DNA of 64,000 bases, from the NCBI GenBank assembly GCA_963743915.1, contig CAVURN010000005.1, positions 275,358 to 339,357 of the forward strand, in the 5' to 3' direction. A model generated the notes under the pieces. The model was not told where the DNA came from and did no database searches. It worked only from the letters and a program-made list of their open reading frames with translations. The position numbers were made by a program, and so were the translations under genes. Positions 19,601-29,676 of this stretch are shown here, in pieces. This stretch comes from an uncultured Actinomycetota bacterium. Lineage in GTDB: Bacteria; Actinomycetota; Actinomycetes; JAHEKZ01. Each line of letters begins with the position of its first letter. The first letter of the stretch is position 1.

Positions 19601-21865
19601 TCAGACGGTCAGGCCCTCGTCTGCCGCCTCGCCGGTACCGGTCTGGTCGATCTGGTCGTCCTCGGAGGGCTGCTCGCCGATCACGTCGTCGCTTGCCGGT
19701 AGGACGTCGGTCGGTTCCGTCTCGATCCCGTGGTGCAGCTCCTCGAGGTCGTCGGCTTCGTCGAGGTCGGGCCAGACCACCTCGGCCTCGCCGTCCTCCG
19801 AGCCTTCCATCGAAACGTCCCGGTCATCGACGTCGCTGTCCTCCACGCGGAAGGTGGAGATCGAGTCCTGCATCGCCGCCGCCAGCGTCGCGATCTGCGC
19901 AGAAGCCGCAGCCGTCTGCTTCGACCCAGCGGCATACTGGCGGGAGACTTCGGAGACCTGGGTCATCGCGACGACGACCTGGTCCGACGCCGACCGCTGC
20001 TGCTGAGTCGCGATGGAGATCTCCTCCGCCGCCCCCGTCGCCTCATCGACCATCGCCGCGATCCGATCCAACGCCACCACCGCACCAGCCGCCTTACCCG
20101 CCCCCCGCTCAGCCGCCTTCGCCCCCTGCTCCGACGCCACCACCGTCGACCGGGTGTGCGCCTGAATCTCGGTCACGATCCCCTGAATCTGACTGGTCGA
20201 CTCCTGCGCCCGCTCCGCCAGCTTGCGCACCTCCGCCGCCACCACCGCAAACCCCCGACCATGCTCCCCCGCCCGAGCCGCCTCGATCGCCGCATTCAAC
20301 GCCAACAAGTTCGTCTGCTCACTGAGCTCATCGATCAACACCAAGATCCGCCCCACCTCACCGATCTTGTCCCCCAACCCCGCCGACGACGCACTCACCT
20401 GATCCACCACCGACCGCAACGACTCCATCGCCTCCACCGACTCCGCCACCGCAGCCCGACCCTCATCGGTCAACACCAACGTCTCCGACGCCACCCGCGC
20501 CACCGAACCCGCCGTCTCCGCGATCTGCGCCGCCGTCGCCGCCAACTCCTCGATCGTCGCCGTCGTCTGGGCCACGACCGCCGACTGCTCCGTCGCCGAA
20601 CCCGCCTGCTCCTGGGCGGTCGCCCGCATCTGACCTGCGGCCTGCGCGAGCTGGACGCCGTGGCCTTGGGCCTGCGAGACCAGCAGGCGCAGTCGATGCA
20701 GCGTGCTCTCGAACGAGTGGGCGAGAGCGGTCAGCTGCTCGTCGTCGAAGTCGACGGGAAGGCTGACGGCCAGGTTGCCATTGGCCGCCTGGTCCAACGC
20801 CGACGAGAGGTCACCGATTCGGGCGTTCAGCCGGTCCCGCTCGGTTTCCGCCGCCCTGCGCAGCGCCTTGTTGCGTCGCGACAGCCGGAGGTAAGACCAG
20901 ACCGCGTAGACCAGCAACGGGAGGGCGAGCGCGAAGAGCGCGATGACCAGGGGTGACACTGCGGCCGCAAGCCCGGTCACGACCGCGTCGTCCGAGGCAG
21001 TGATGAACCAGTCGTTCCTGTTCACGATCTGGAGAGTCTCGGACGGGGACAGGCGGGTGTAGGCAACACGCTGGTCGCCGATCGTCGTCAGCCCTGCATT
21101 CCCGAACGAGCTCGTGGCCCCCACGAACGTGGTGTCATCGGTCTGGCCGAAGGTCTTCTCGTCGACCTGAGACATGCGGCTGTCGATGGCAGTCATGCCG
21201 GTGCGCGCGCCGATGGCCCGCATGACAGCGTCGCCCTCGCGCTCGAGCACCTGGGCGCGCAACGCCTCCAGCCGCAGCTCGAAGTAGAGAACCCCGCGCT
21301 TCTCCCCACCCACGACGACCGAGGTGCCGTTGGCGATGACCCACTCGTTGGTCTCCTCGGAGAAGTACGGCGTCGTCTGGAAGATCCAGCCCGCAGGCAG
21401 CGACGTCACGTCACCGAAGAAGGTCAGGCTCTGGTCCGCACCGGACTCGAGGATGATCGGCGGTGAGGGAGAGCCGTTGACCACCTCGGCGATCTCCTGG
21501 CCGGTGACAGCATCGACGTAGCCGGAGCGCGCGACAGACCCGGGGAAGAGGGTCTGGATGTAGGTCAGCAGCTCGTCGATCTCCTGCCGGGTGGCACCGT
21601 CGTCGGCGACCTTCTGCTTGGTGCTCCCAGGCTCGCGGAAGAAGTCCGCAAGAACGGCGTTCTGCGCGGTGAGCAGGCCGATGGCGCCGGCCCGCTCGAA
21701 CTCCTCGGTGAGCAGCACCTCGGTGTTGGCCGCCGCAGTCCGGAGCTCGGTGTTCTGGTCGCTGGCGGCGTCCCGGGCTGCCTGAGTCGCCTGCCAAGTC
21801 AGCCCCGCGGTGGACGAGAGCAGCACGAGGCCGAGCACCAGCGCGGGTCCGCGCATGCTCCGCAT
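19601..21865 (-). CDS. methyl-accepting chemotaxis protein with large periplasmic sensor domain and acidic C-terminal tail
   Basis: MCP signalling domain [42 protein letters not shown]; two TM segments; ATG 21865 ([16 protein letters not shown]) with GGAGGG RBS; track ORF extends further as junk. Confidence 0.8.
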   Translation of the reverse strand: MRSMRGPALVLGLVLLSSTAGLTWQATQAARDAASDQNTELRTAAANTEVLLTEEFERAGAIGLLTAQNAVLADFFREPGSTKQKVADDGATRQEIDELLTYIQTLFPGSVARSGYVDAVTGQEIAEVVNGSPSPPIILESGADQSLTFFGDVTSLPAGWIFQTTPYFSEETNEWVIANGTSVVVGGEKRGVLYFELRLEALRAQVLEREGDAVMRAIGARTGMTAIDSRMSQVDEKTFGQTDDTTFVGATSSFGNAGLTTIGDQRVAYTRLSPSETLQIVNRNDWFITASDDAVVTGLAAAVSPLVIALFALALPLLVYAVWSYLRLSRRNKALRRAAETERDRLNARIGDLSSALDQAANGNLAVSLPVDFDDEQLTALAHSFESTLHRLRLLVSQAQGHGVQLAQAAGQMRATAQEQAGSATEQSAVVAQTTATIEELAATAAQIAETAGSVARVASETLVLTDEGRAAVAESVEAMESLRSVVDQVSASSAGLGDKIGEVGRILVLIDELSEQTNLLALNAAIEAARAGEHGRGFAVVAAEVRKLAERAQESTSQIQGIVTEIQAHTRSTVVASEQGAKAAERGAGKAAGAVVALDRIAAMVDEATGAAEEISIATQQQRSASDQVVVAMTQVSEVSRQYAAGSKQTAAASAQIATLAAAMQDSISTFRVEDSDVDDRDVSMEGSEDGEAEVVWPDLDEADDLEELHHGIETEPTDVLPASDDVIGEQPSEDDQIDQTGTGEAADEGLTV

Positions 21866-21964
21866 CCCGTCACCCTCCGTAACCGTGGGGAGATCCTGGA
21901 AGGGGAATCGGCAGCCCCCCGACGATGGTTGAGCCAAACAGGTCACCCACCAGCAGGAGGATCC

Positions 21965-22603
21965 GTGCTCTTCGGCCGTACCACCACGCTTCCGACCCCC
22001 GCCCAGGCCCTCCCCGGTCGCCCCACCCCCGCCTTCGAGGTGCCCGAGCGGCACGCCGTTCTCGGCACCCCCTTGGCTGCCCCCGTCCCGGCAGGCATGG
22101 AGGAGCTCTTCGTCGGGATGGGCTGCTTCTGGGGCGCAGAACGCCGGTTCTGGCAGCTTGACGGCGTCTGGACCACCGCGGTCGGCTACCAGGGGGGCGT
22201 GACACCGAACCCCACCTATGAGGAGGCGTGCACCGGCCTCACCGGGCACACCGAGGCGGTGCGGGTCGTCTACGACCCCGCCGTGATCGCCTTCGACGAC
22301 CTGCTCCGGGTCTTCTGGGAGACCCACGACCCCACGCAGGGCTTCCGCCAGGGCAACGACCTCGGCACGCAGTACCGGTCGACCCTGTACTGGACGACCG
22401 ACGAGCAGCGGGTCGCCGCCGAAGCGTCACGGGACCGCTACCAGGCGGCCCTCACCGCCGCCGGGCTCGGCACGATCACCACCGAGATCGCCCCAGCCCC
22501 CACGTTCTACTACGCCGAGGACTACCACCAGCAGTACCTGGCGAAGGTGCCGAACGGCTACGACTGCCACGCCAACACCGGGATCGCGTACCCGTCCCAG
22601 TAA
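21965..22603 (+). CDS. msrA: peptide-methionine (S)-S-oxide reductase
   Basis: [14 protein letters not shown]...[18 protein letters not shown]...[11 protein letters not shown]; long N-terminal ALPGR region as in E. coli MsrA; GTG 21965 after AGGAGGA. Confidence 0.85.
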   Translation: MLFGRTTTLPTPAQALPGRPTPAFEVPERHAVLGTPLAAPVPAGMEELFVGMGCFWGAERRFWQLDGVWTTAVGYQGGVTPNPTYEEACTGLTGHTEAVRVVYDPAVIAFDDLLRVFWETHDPTQGFRQGNDLGTQYRSTLYWTTDEQRVAAEASRDRYQAALTAAGLGTITTEIAPAPTFYYAEDYHQQYLAKVPNGYDCHANTGIAYPSQ

Positions 22604-22659
22604 CCACTGGCCTCGCTGCCCTGGGCTCCTCGCCATCGCCACCCAGTACCGTCGTCGAG

Positions 22660-23313
22660 GTGGCGACGACTCCAACAACCGGGCCTGGCTGGTCCACGAT
22701 CAGGACTACTGACGAGCTGAGGGTCTTGCTGGGTGAACCCAATGCTCGTGCAAGACACAAGGTGCGCACCAGCCTGACGGAGGTGGATCGGCAATGGCTG
22801 GCAGCCACGCCCTTCTGTGTCCTGGCGACAGCATCCGCAACCGGGCAGTGCGACGCCTCACCGAAGGGTGATCCGGCTGGCCGGCTCGTCCACGTCATCG
22901 ATGAGCGGACGATCGCGCTGGCCGAACGTCCAGGAAATCGTCGCACCGACGGGTATCGGAACATCCTCGAGAACCCACATGTCGGACTGAACTTCTTCAT
23001 CCCCGGACGGGGCGACACGCTGCGCGTCAACGGGAGCGCCGCCATCGTGCGAGATGCCCCGTTCTTCAGCGAGATGGTGGTGAAGGGTCACACGCCGATC
23101 CTGGCCACCGTTGTTGCGATCGACGAAGTCTTCTTCCACTGCGCCAAGGCCTTCATGCGCTCCGGGCTGTGGGATCCCGACACGTGGGATCCGTGGGGAC
23201 ATGTCCCACGCCGGGCTGTCGTAGCGCATCTGGTCGAGCCGAACGACATGAGCGTCGAACAGCTCGACGAGTACTACCGTCCGGAGAACTACGCCAAGGG
23301 CCTGTACACCTGA
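22660..23313 (+). CDS. pyridoxamine 5'-phosphate oxidase family protein
   Basis: split-barrel PPOX-like ...LTEVDRQWLAATPFCVLATASATGQCDASPKGDPAGRLVHVIDERTIALAERPGNRRTDGYRNILENPHVGLNFFIPGRGDTLRVNGSA...; start ambiguous (no ATG after msrA stop), GTG about 22660. Confidence 0.6.
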   Translation: MATTPTTGPGWSTIRTTDELRVLLGEPNARARHKVRTSLTEVDRQWLAATPFCVLATASATGQCDASPKGDPAGRLVHVIDERTIALAERPGNRRTDGYRNILENPHVGLNFFIPGRGDTLRVNGSAAIVRDAPFFSEMVVKGHTPILATVVAIDEVFFHCAKAFMRSGLWDPDTWDPWGHVPRRAVVAHLVEPNDMSVEQLDEYYRPENYAKGLYT

Positions 23314-23330
23314 GGAGTCCTCAGTGGGCC

Positions 23331-23771
23331 TCAGACGAGGCGCTCAGCGAGCGAAACGATGATCCCTTCCGGTCCCCGGACGTACGCCATTCGCCAGGCG
23401 CCCTCGTACTCGCCGATGCCACCGACCAGTCCGTACCCCTCACTGGCCGCCCAGTCGACGGCGGCCTGCAAGTCGCCGACCTCGAAAGCAACGTTCCGCA
23501 ACCCCAGCTCATTCGCCATGGCATCCGGTCGGCCCGGGACCGATTCGGGTCGAACGAACCGTGCGAGCTCCAGGCGGGTGCCCTCGTGGGGCAGCGTCAG
23601 CATGACGATCTCGGTTCGGGAGTTGGGAATGCCGCAGACCGTGTCAAGAAACTCACCCTCGACGAACGTCCGGCCCTCGACCTCCAGACCCAGCGCCACG
23701 AAGAACGCCGTCACCCTGTCAAGGTCTGCAACCGTCAGGCCCACATGGTCGAAGCGTCGCGCGTATGGCAT
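23331..23771 (-). CDS. VOC family protein (glyoxalase/bleomycin-resistance fold)
   Basis: MPYARRFDHVGLTVADLDRVTAFFVALGLEVEG...HVAFEVGDLQAAVDWAASEGYGLVGG; ATG 23771. Confidence 0.7.
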   Translation of the reverse strand: MPYARRFDHVGLTVADLDRVTAFFVALGLEVEGRTFVEGEFLDTVCGIPNSRTEIVMLTLPHEGTRLELARFVRPESVPGRPDAMANELGLRNVAFEVGDLQAAVDWAASEGYGLVGGIGEYEGAWRMAYVRGPEGIIVSLAERLV

Positions 23772-23893
23772 CGGCTCACCTTCCACTGGCTGCGTCCACC
23801 CTGCCACTGCCCGGTCGCGTCTGCCCCCACCATGCCGTGGACTGGGTAGGTTGAAACGTGCACCCCGGCGCACGCCCGACACGAGGAGCCGAC

Positions 23894-24238
23894 ATGCCTC
23901 AGTACCTCATCTTCTTCAACCAGCAGTGGGTGGGCGACCACACCGAGGAGTGGTTCCGCGAGCGCGGGCCGCTCGCGATGGCGGTCGTGGAGGAGATGAA
24001 GGCTGCCGGCGTGCACGTGTTCGCGGGCGGGCTGGAGGAGGAACCCGAAAGGGCCTTCAGCGCGGATGCGACCAGCGGCACGCTGACGTTCAACGACGGG
24101 CCCTTCGTCGAGACACAGGAGTTCCTGGGGGGACTCACCGTGGTGGACGTGGCCGACGACGAGGCCGCCAAGCTGTGGGCCGGCAAGATTGCCGAAGCGT
24201 GCGGCTGGCCCCAGGAGGTTCGTCGCTTCAAACCGTGA
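23894..24238 (+). CDS. YciI-related (DGPF domain) protein
   Basis: MPQYLIFFNQQ...TLTFNDGPFVETQEFLGGLTVVDVADDEAAKLWAGKI; DGPF motif present; AGGAG RBS. Confidence 0.75.
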   Translation: MPQYLIFFNQQWVGDHTEEWFRERGPLAMAVVEEMKAAGVHVFAGGLEEEPERAFSADATSGTLTFNDGPFVETQEFLGGLTVVDVADDEAAKLWAGKIAEACGWPQEVRRFKP

Positions 24239-24310
24239 CTTGGCATCGAGTGATCCCCATCAGTTGGCGAGCTGTGTCAACCTCTGGGGGTGGTCCGGCG
24301 ACTCTCGGGC

Positions 24311-24883
24311 ATGACGAACTCAGCTGCGGAGGAGATTCTCTCCACAGATGATCGGCGCGTCACCCGCGCCCAGCGGGCAACGGCGCCCGCTCGAGACGAG
24401 CTCGTCGACATGCTGTTCCGACAGCACTACACCGAGCTGCTCAGACTCGCCGTCGTCATGATCGGTGACCGCGAGGCCGCGGAGGATGCCGTCCAGGACG
24501 CCTTCGCGAGCCTCCACCGCAACTGGCGCGCGCTGCGCGAACCCGACGTGGCCGAGGCCTATCTGCGTTCCACCGTGCTCAACCGCTGTCGCTCGTGGGT
24601 ACGGCGTCAGGTCACCCAGCGGGCCGCACGACCGCTGATGCTCATCCGTCAGCACCAGCCAAGCGCGGAGGACACGATCGTGGACCGAGACGAGGTCGGG
24701 TCACTGGTGGCGGTCATGCGCACGCTGCCCCGACGTCAGCGTGAGGTGCTCGCCTGTCGGTTCGTCCTCGACCTCTCGGTGGAAGAAACAGCTCATCTGC
24801 TCTCGATCAGCGAGGGATCGGTCAAGACCCACAGCCATCGCGGCTTGAAGGCGCTCGAGAAGCGGATCGAGGTGACCCGATGA
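24311..24883 (+). CDS. ECF-type RNA polymerase sigma-70 factor
   Basis: sigma-2 region DAVQDAFASLHRNWRALREP...AYLRSTVLNRCRSWVRRQ; sigma-4 LPRRQREVLACRFVLDLSVEETAHLLSISEGSVKTHSHRGLKALEKR; start 24311 or GTG 24290. Confidence 0.8.
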   Translation: MTNSAAEEILSTDDRRVTRAQRATAPARDELVDMLFRQHYTELLRLAVVMIGDREAAEDAVQDAFASLHRNWRALREPDVAEAYLRSTVLNRCRSWVRRQVTQRAARPLMLIRQHQPSAEDTIVDRDEVGSLVAVMRTLPRRQREVLACRFVLDLSVEETAHLLSISEGSVKTHSHRGLKALEKRIEVTR

Positions 24884-25800
24884 GCACCATCGAAGAGCAG
24901 CTGCAACGGGACATCTCGGCAGTAACCGGAGGTGTCGTCGTGACGGATTCAGACCTGCGAGAAGCCCGGGCAGTCCATGGAGGATCGCATCGAGGCGACG
25001 GGCAGAGCGAGCCGTGATCGCACCTTTCTGGCAGCCGCCGCGGCGGCCGTAGTGGTTGCGGGCGCTGGCCTTCGCGGCGCTTCCAGGCGCTGTCCGAGGA
25101 CGACGACACGGCGGTGCCGCCGGCCGGTGGCGAAGGTCCACCGATGACTCTACGCGGACTTCCTGAACGGAGAGGCTCCGACGCACGAGAACTCATCGAC
25201 GGGTTCTGGCGGGTCGACAACGGCAACCTCATGGTGCGGTTCCAGCAGGACGGAACCGTTCAGTTCTCCGACAAGGGCGCGGTCATCTCCGACCCCGTCA
25301 CCATCGGAACCTACGAGATCGATGGGCGACACGATCACGGTGACGCGTCCGATGCGCCTGGCTGCGTCAGCCCGGAGTGGACCATGCGCGCCGCACTATC
25401 CGCGAGCCGGGAGATCGCCAACCTCGTCCTGTCCGACTTGGAGTTCGGGACTGCGACAGCGTCGCATCGACGATCGTCCTGCACCAGGTCGTCCCGACGG
25501 GATCGATCCTCGCCGACATGGACAACTCCGGCTGTGCGTGGCTGGCAGGCGACGACCGACAGGAAGTGGCTCTTCGGCGACTGGATGGCGGAGGGCGGCG
25601 GCTACCTCCTGGAGACTCACCCAGGACGGGTCCTACTACGTCGTCGATGAGTCTGCTGACGTGGTCGACAACGGCCGCTGGCGGTTCCGCGAGCTCAGAC
25701 GCTGGAGCTCTTCAGCCGGACCGAGTCGCCACAGTGCGACGAAGGCGACTCGCTCGTACTCGGCAACCTGGAGCAGGTCACCCCCGGCACCACCATGATT
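24880..25800 (+). pseudogene. anti-sigma-factor-like membrane protein downstream of ECF sigma, fragmented over all three frames (at least 5 frameshifts)
   Basis: ATGA overlap with sigma stop; frame0 MSTIEEQLQRDISAVTGGVVVTDSDLREARAVHGG...stop at 25017; frame+1 ...RDRTFLAAAAAAVVVAGAGL (TM); frame0 ...ELIDGFWRVDNGNLMVRFQQDGTVQFSDKGAVISDPVTIGTYEIDG...SPEWTMRAALSASREIANLVLSDLEFG; later protein-like pieces in frames +2, 0, +1; 3' limit uncertain. Confidence 0.45.
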
Positions 25801-25896
25801 CGTGGGACCGTCGAGCAGAACGACTGCGGCGGGGGCTGGACACCGCAGACGTGGATCCGGATCCCCGACACCAGCCCTTCGGACACCAGCGGCGAG

Positions 25897-26280
25897 CTAG
25901 TCGGCGAGCTGACCCAGCGGGTGCAGCAGACAGAACTCGTTTCCCTCGGGATCGGCCAGCACTGCCCACGGCGCATCGCCCTGCCCGACGTCGACTCGGA
26001 CGGCACCGACATCGAGCAGGCGTTGCAGCTCAGCCTCGTGGTCACCGTCGACCGGGCGCACGTCGACGTGCAGCCGCAGCTTCTGCAACTTGGCGTTTGT
26101 GCTCGGCACGAACACGAGGGTTGGTCCTTGCTGCTCCTCAGGTGAGGCACCGATCTCGACCTGGCCGTCGTAGCGGTCAAGAACCGACCAGCCCAGGACC
26201 TCGCACCAGAACGCAGCGAGGCCCTCGGGGTCACGAGCATCCAGGACGAGCTCGCTCAGTCGTGATGTCACATGAGTCAT
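25897..26280 (-). CDS. VOC/glyoxalase-like domain protein
   Basis: MTHVTSRLSELVLDARDPEGLAAFWCEVLGWSVLDRYDGQVEIGA...LHVDVRPVDGDHEAELQRLLDVGAVRVD...AVLADPEGNEFCLL; ATG 26280; track ORF has 66 aa 5' junk. Confidence 0.6.
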   Translation of the reverse strand: MTHVTSRLSELVLDARDPEGLAAFWCEVLGWSVLDRYDGQVEIGASPEEQQGPTLVFVPSTNAKLQKLRLHVDVRPVDGDHEAELQRLLDVGAVRVDVGQGDAPWAVLADPEGNEFCLLHPLGQLAD

Positions 26281-26361
26281 GCTGCCAGGCAGCAGACAGG
26301 AGACAGGACCTGTCGGGGGTGCGGGTGTGGCGGCAGCGGTGGACAGCCAACGATTGGCGAG

Positions 26362-26405
26362 TTGCTTGCGGTTTTGGGCCCCGTGATCCCCGAAAAGCGC
26401 AAGCA
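26362..26405 (-). terminator. candidate hairpin downstream of cbs (9-bp perfect stem TTGCTTGCG / CGCAAGCAA plus TTTT/AAAA extension)
   Basis: gTTGCTTGCGgttttgggccccgtgatccccgaaaagCGCAAGCAAtc read directly; no clear U-tract on the minus-sense transcript. Confidence 0.3.
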
Positions 26406-26496
26406 ATCCGCCGGTCTGGCCTTTCTCCACCGACGAGCATCCCGCTGACAGACATCGCCGCGCTGTGAGTCCTCCCAAGGGACACTCGGCGAGCCG

Positions 26497-27864
26497 TCAG
26501 GTCACCAGGAAGCCCAGCAGGTCCTGCCGGGTGAGCACTCCGATCGGCTTGCCGTCCTCGAGCACCACCACGGCGTCGGCCTTCTCCAGCGCCGTCACCG
26601 CGGCGGTCGCCGGCTCGCCGGCACCGACGCCGGGGAGCGCGGGTGACATGTGGTCCTCGACCCGGTCGGAGAGCTTGGCGCGTCCGGTGAAGAGGGCATC
26701 GAGGAGGTCGCGCTCGAGCACGGAGCCGGCGACCTCTGCGGCCATCACCGGGGGTTCGGCGCGCACGACCGGCATCTGCGAGACGCCGTACTCGCGGAGG
26801 ATCTCGATCGCCTCGGCCAGCGTCTCATTCGGGTGCGTGTGCACGAATGTCGGCAGATCCTCACCCTTCACCCGCAGCACATCGCCGACCGACTGGCTCT
26901 CGCCTTCCTCGGGCAGGAATCCGTACTGCCCGAGCCATTCGTCGTTGAAGACCTTCGACAGGTATCCGCGGCCGGAGTCGGGGAGCAGCACGACCACCAG
27001 GTCGTCCGGCGTCAGGCGCTGCGCCACCTGCACGGCGGCCACGACCGCCATCCCGCACGATCCACCGACCAGCAGCCCTTCTTCACGGGCGAGCCGACGC
27101 GTCATGGCGAACGAGTCAGCGTCACTGACCGCGATGACTTCGTCGACGAGTGACGCGTCGTACGTCGTCGGCCAGAAGTCCTCACCGACACCTTCGACCA
27201 GGTACGGACGCCCCGTGCCCCCGGAGTAGACCGATCCCTCAGGGTCGGCACCGATGATCTGCACCCGGCCGTCGGAGACCTCCTTGAGGTAACGGCCGGT
27301 GCCGGTGATGGTGCCGCCGGTGCCGACGCCCGCGACGAAGTGCGTGATCGTGCCGTCGGTCTGACGCCACAGCTCCGGACCGGTCTGCTCGTAGTGGGAC
27401 AACGGGTTGTTCTCGTTGGAGTACTGGTCCGGCTTCCAGGCGCCAGGGATGTCACGTGCCAACCGGTCGCTGACGTTGTAGTACGAGTCCGGGTGCTCAG
27501 GTGGCACGGCGGTCGGGCAGACGACGACCTCGGCGCCGTACGCCTTGAGCACGTTGATCTTGTCCTGGCTGACCTTGTCGGGGACGACGAAGACACACGA
27601 GTAGCCGCGCTGCTGCGCCACCATCGCGAGACCCACGCCGGTGTTGCCCGACGTCGGCTCGACGATCGTGCCTCCGGGTTCCAGCAGGCCCTCGCGCTCG
27701 GCCGCGTCCACCATGCGGAGCGCGATCCGGTCCTTGACCGACCCGCCGGGGTTGAAGTACTCGACCTTCGCGTACACCGGCGCCGCGGCGCCTTCGGTGA
27801 CCTTGTGCAGGCGGACGAGCGGCGTGTTGCCGATCAGCTCGATGACTGAGTCGTAGGTCTCCAC
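26497..27864 (-). CDS. cbs: cystathionine beta-synthase (PLP domain + tandem CBS domains)
   Basis: 455 aa; METYDSVIELIGNTPLVRL...NPGGSVKDRIAL...TSGNTGVGLAMV; C-terminal CBS pair. Confidence 0.85.
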   Translation of the reverse strand: METYDSVIELIGNTPLVRLHKVTEGAAAPVYAKVEYFNPGGSVKDRIALRMVDAAEREGLLEPGGTIVEPTSGNTGVGLAMVAQQRGYSCVFVVPDKVSQDKINVLKAYGAEVVVCPTAVPPEHPDSYYNVSDRLARDIPGAWKPDQYSNENNPLSHYEQTGPELWRQTDGTITHFVAGVGTGGTITGTGRYLKEVSDGRVQIIGADPEGSVYSGGTGRPYLVEGVGEDFWPTTYDASLVDEVIAVSDADSFAMTRRLAREEGLLVGGSCGMAVVAAVQVAQRLTPDDLVVVLLPDSGRGYLSKVFNDEWLGQYGFLPEEGESQSVGDVLRVKGEDLPTFVHTHPNETLAEAIEILREYGVSQMPVVRAEPPVMAAEVAGSVLERDLLDALFTGRAKLSDRVEDHMSPALPGVGAGEPATAAVTALEKADAVVVLEDGKPIGVLTRQDLLGFLVT

Positions 27865-27886
27865 AAGGGTCAGCCTACGGCCGGCC

Positions 27887-28192
27887 CTACTCGAGCCATT
27901 CGGCGTCCGGTGCCTGCTCGTGCATGCCTCCGGCCTCGTCGCGGTCGCGGCGGACCGCGAGGAGCACGTAGCCGAAGGCGGCGCCGGTCAGCGCCACCGT
28001 GCCGAGCACCATGAGGACCTGGGCGGCAAGCGCCACCCCGAAGCCATCCATCATGAATGAGCGGCCGCGTCCACCCTCGAACTGCACCCACTGCAGCAGG
28101 GTCGAGGCGACCAGGGCGCCGAGCCCTCCGAGCAGCAGTCCCCGTGACAGCTTCGACAGGTGGGAGGCCGACTTCGTCAGGGGCTCGTCCAT
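27887..28192 (-). CDS. small membrane protein (hypothetical)
   Basis: 101 aa, two TM segments GLLLGGLGALVASTLLQWV / VALAAQVLMVLGTVALTGAAFGYVLLAV. Confidence 0.45.
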   Translation of the reverse strand: MDEPLTKSASHLSKLSRGLLLGGLGALVASTLLQWVQFEGGRGRSFMMDGFGVALAAQVLMVLGTVALTGAAFGYVLLAVRRDRDEAGGMHEQAPDAEWLE

Positions 28193-28298
28193 GCGGTCAC
28201 GATAGCCCGCTGGCGGGAGATGATCGGGCTCGCCGGACCTGACGGCGGGGTCGATTACGGTAGATCATCGACGATCCACAAGCGCTTCGGGAGGCGAC

Positions 28299-29270
28299 AT
28301 GACACGCGCCAGCCGCGCGCGCGCGATCGCCTCGGCTGCGGCCGTCGGGGGCGCCGGCCTGGTGGGTGCCGGCGGCGCCGTCTACGGCCTCCTGCTCGGT
28401 CAATCGCGTCTGGCCCGCCGCCGGATCGGCGAGCCACAGGAGGAGCCGCTCGACGCCGACGGGGTCTACGGCAACGGTGACGCGCCGATCCGCCTGGTGG
28501 TGCTGGGCGACTCCGGGGCGGCAGGCTTCGGTGTCGAGCACCCCGAGCAGACCACCGGGGCGGTGATCGCGGGCGAGCTGGCGGCCGCGACCGGACGCCC
28601 GGTGCAGCTGCGCACGCACGCCCAGGTCGGGGCGCAGAGCGGTGACCTGCAGGCACAGATCGACCTGATCGAGCCCCCGTGGCCCGACCTCGCGGTCATC
28701 GCGGTCGGTGCCAATGACGTCACCCACCGGGTGACCCCAGGCCGGTCGGTGGCCCTGCTGTCGGCGGCGATCGGGCGTCTGCGTGAGCACGGCGTCGCGG
28801 TGGTGGTCGGCACCTGCCCCGACCTCGGGACCGTTCGTCCCATCCCGCACCCGTTGAAGTGGGTGGCTCGCCGCTGGAGCCGCTCGCTGGCCGCCGCCCA
28901 GACCGTGGCGGCGGTGGCCGCCGGTGCCCGCAGCGTCGCCCTCGCCGACCTGCTGGGTGCCGAGTTCGCGGCGCATCCCGACACGATGTTCGGCCCCGAC
29001 CAGTTCCACCCGTCCCCCGCCGGCTACCGAGCATTCGCCTTGGCGCTCGCGCCCAGCCTCGTCGAGGCGCTCACCGAGCCTGCGCCTGGCCTGGTCGACC
29101 CGGCGTCCCGCGAGCTGGCCCGCGTCGCCGCCGAGGCCGCCGAGGTCGCGGGCGCCGAGGTCAGCGCCGAGCAGGGCTCGAGGGCGCGGCGGCTGCTGCG
29201 CCTGCGACGTCCCGCGTCCCCCGCCGACGACTCTGCCGACGACTCCGCCGCCAGCGAGCCGTTGCCCTAG
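28299..29270 (+). CDS. SGNH/GDSL hydrolase family protein (Rv1075c-like, signal-anchored)
   Basis: RLVVLGDSGAAGFGV (GDS block), IAVGANDVTH, DQFHPSPAGYRAFA (DxxH block); N-terminal TM/signal. Confidence 0.75.
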   Translation: MTRASRARAIASAAAVGGAGLVGAGGAVYGLLLGQSRLARRRIGEPQEEPLDADGVYGNGDAPIRLVVLGDSGAAGFGVEHPEQTTGAVIAGELAAATGRPVQLRTHAQVGAQSGDLQAQIDLIEPPWPDLAVIAVGANDVTHRVTPGRSVALLSAAIGRLREHGVAVVVGTCPDLGTVRPIPHPLKWVARRWSRSLAAAQTVAAVAAGARSVALADLLGAEFAAHPDTMFGPDQFHPSPAGYRAFALALAPSLVEALTEPAPGLVDPASRELARVAAEAAEVAGAEVSAEQGSRARRLLRLRRPASPADDSADDSAASEPLP

Positions 29271-29587
29271 AGGCGGTCCCGCAGCCGCCGGACGCGCTCC
29301 TGCCACGGCTCGAGAGGCGCCTCCCCCTGCTCGACGCGCTCGAGGAACTCCCGTCCCACCACCGCCAGCTGGTCTCCGCTGGCCAACGGATGCAGGCGCG
29401 GCACCGGCTCAGGCGTCCCGGACGCGGCAGCGGCCCAGGCGGCCAAGGCGTGGCACTCGGCCGCGACCGACCCCGCGGAGAGTCCGTCGTCAGCACGGGT
29501 GAGCCGGGCCTCGGACATCGATCGGAGACGGTCCACCACCCGCTCGAGCACCTCGCGGTCAGCGCTCACGTCGGACACGCTCCGCAC
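29267..29587 (-). CDS. hypothetical protein
   Basis: 106 aa ORF with balanced composition, stop overlaps stop region of GDSL gene; no recognisable motif. Confidence 0.3.
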   Translation of the reverse strand: MRSVSDVSADREVLERVVDRLRSMSEARLTRADDGLSAGSVAAECHALAAWAAAASGTPEPVPRLHPLASGDQLAVVGREFLERVEQGEAPLEPWQERVRRLRDRL

Positions 29588-29676
29588 GCTATCTCGGGAC
29601 CTTCGGGCTCTTGCGGAGCCCCGATGGGTCGGGCACCGTAGAGGCCACCTTCGACGTTCAGACCTTGGGAGTCGCC

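Noticed and set aside
24880-25017. Treating the 44-codon ORF after the sigma factor as a complete small anti-sigma gene
   Set aside because: Protein-like TM and ectodomain segments continue downstream in other frames, so it is a fragment of a longer disrupted gene.
25795-26145. Plus-strand ORF (116 aa) beyond the anti-sigma remnants
   Set aside because: From 25897 it is antisense to the VOC-like gene; only the part before 25897 may belong to the degraded anti-sigma gene.
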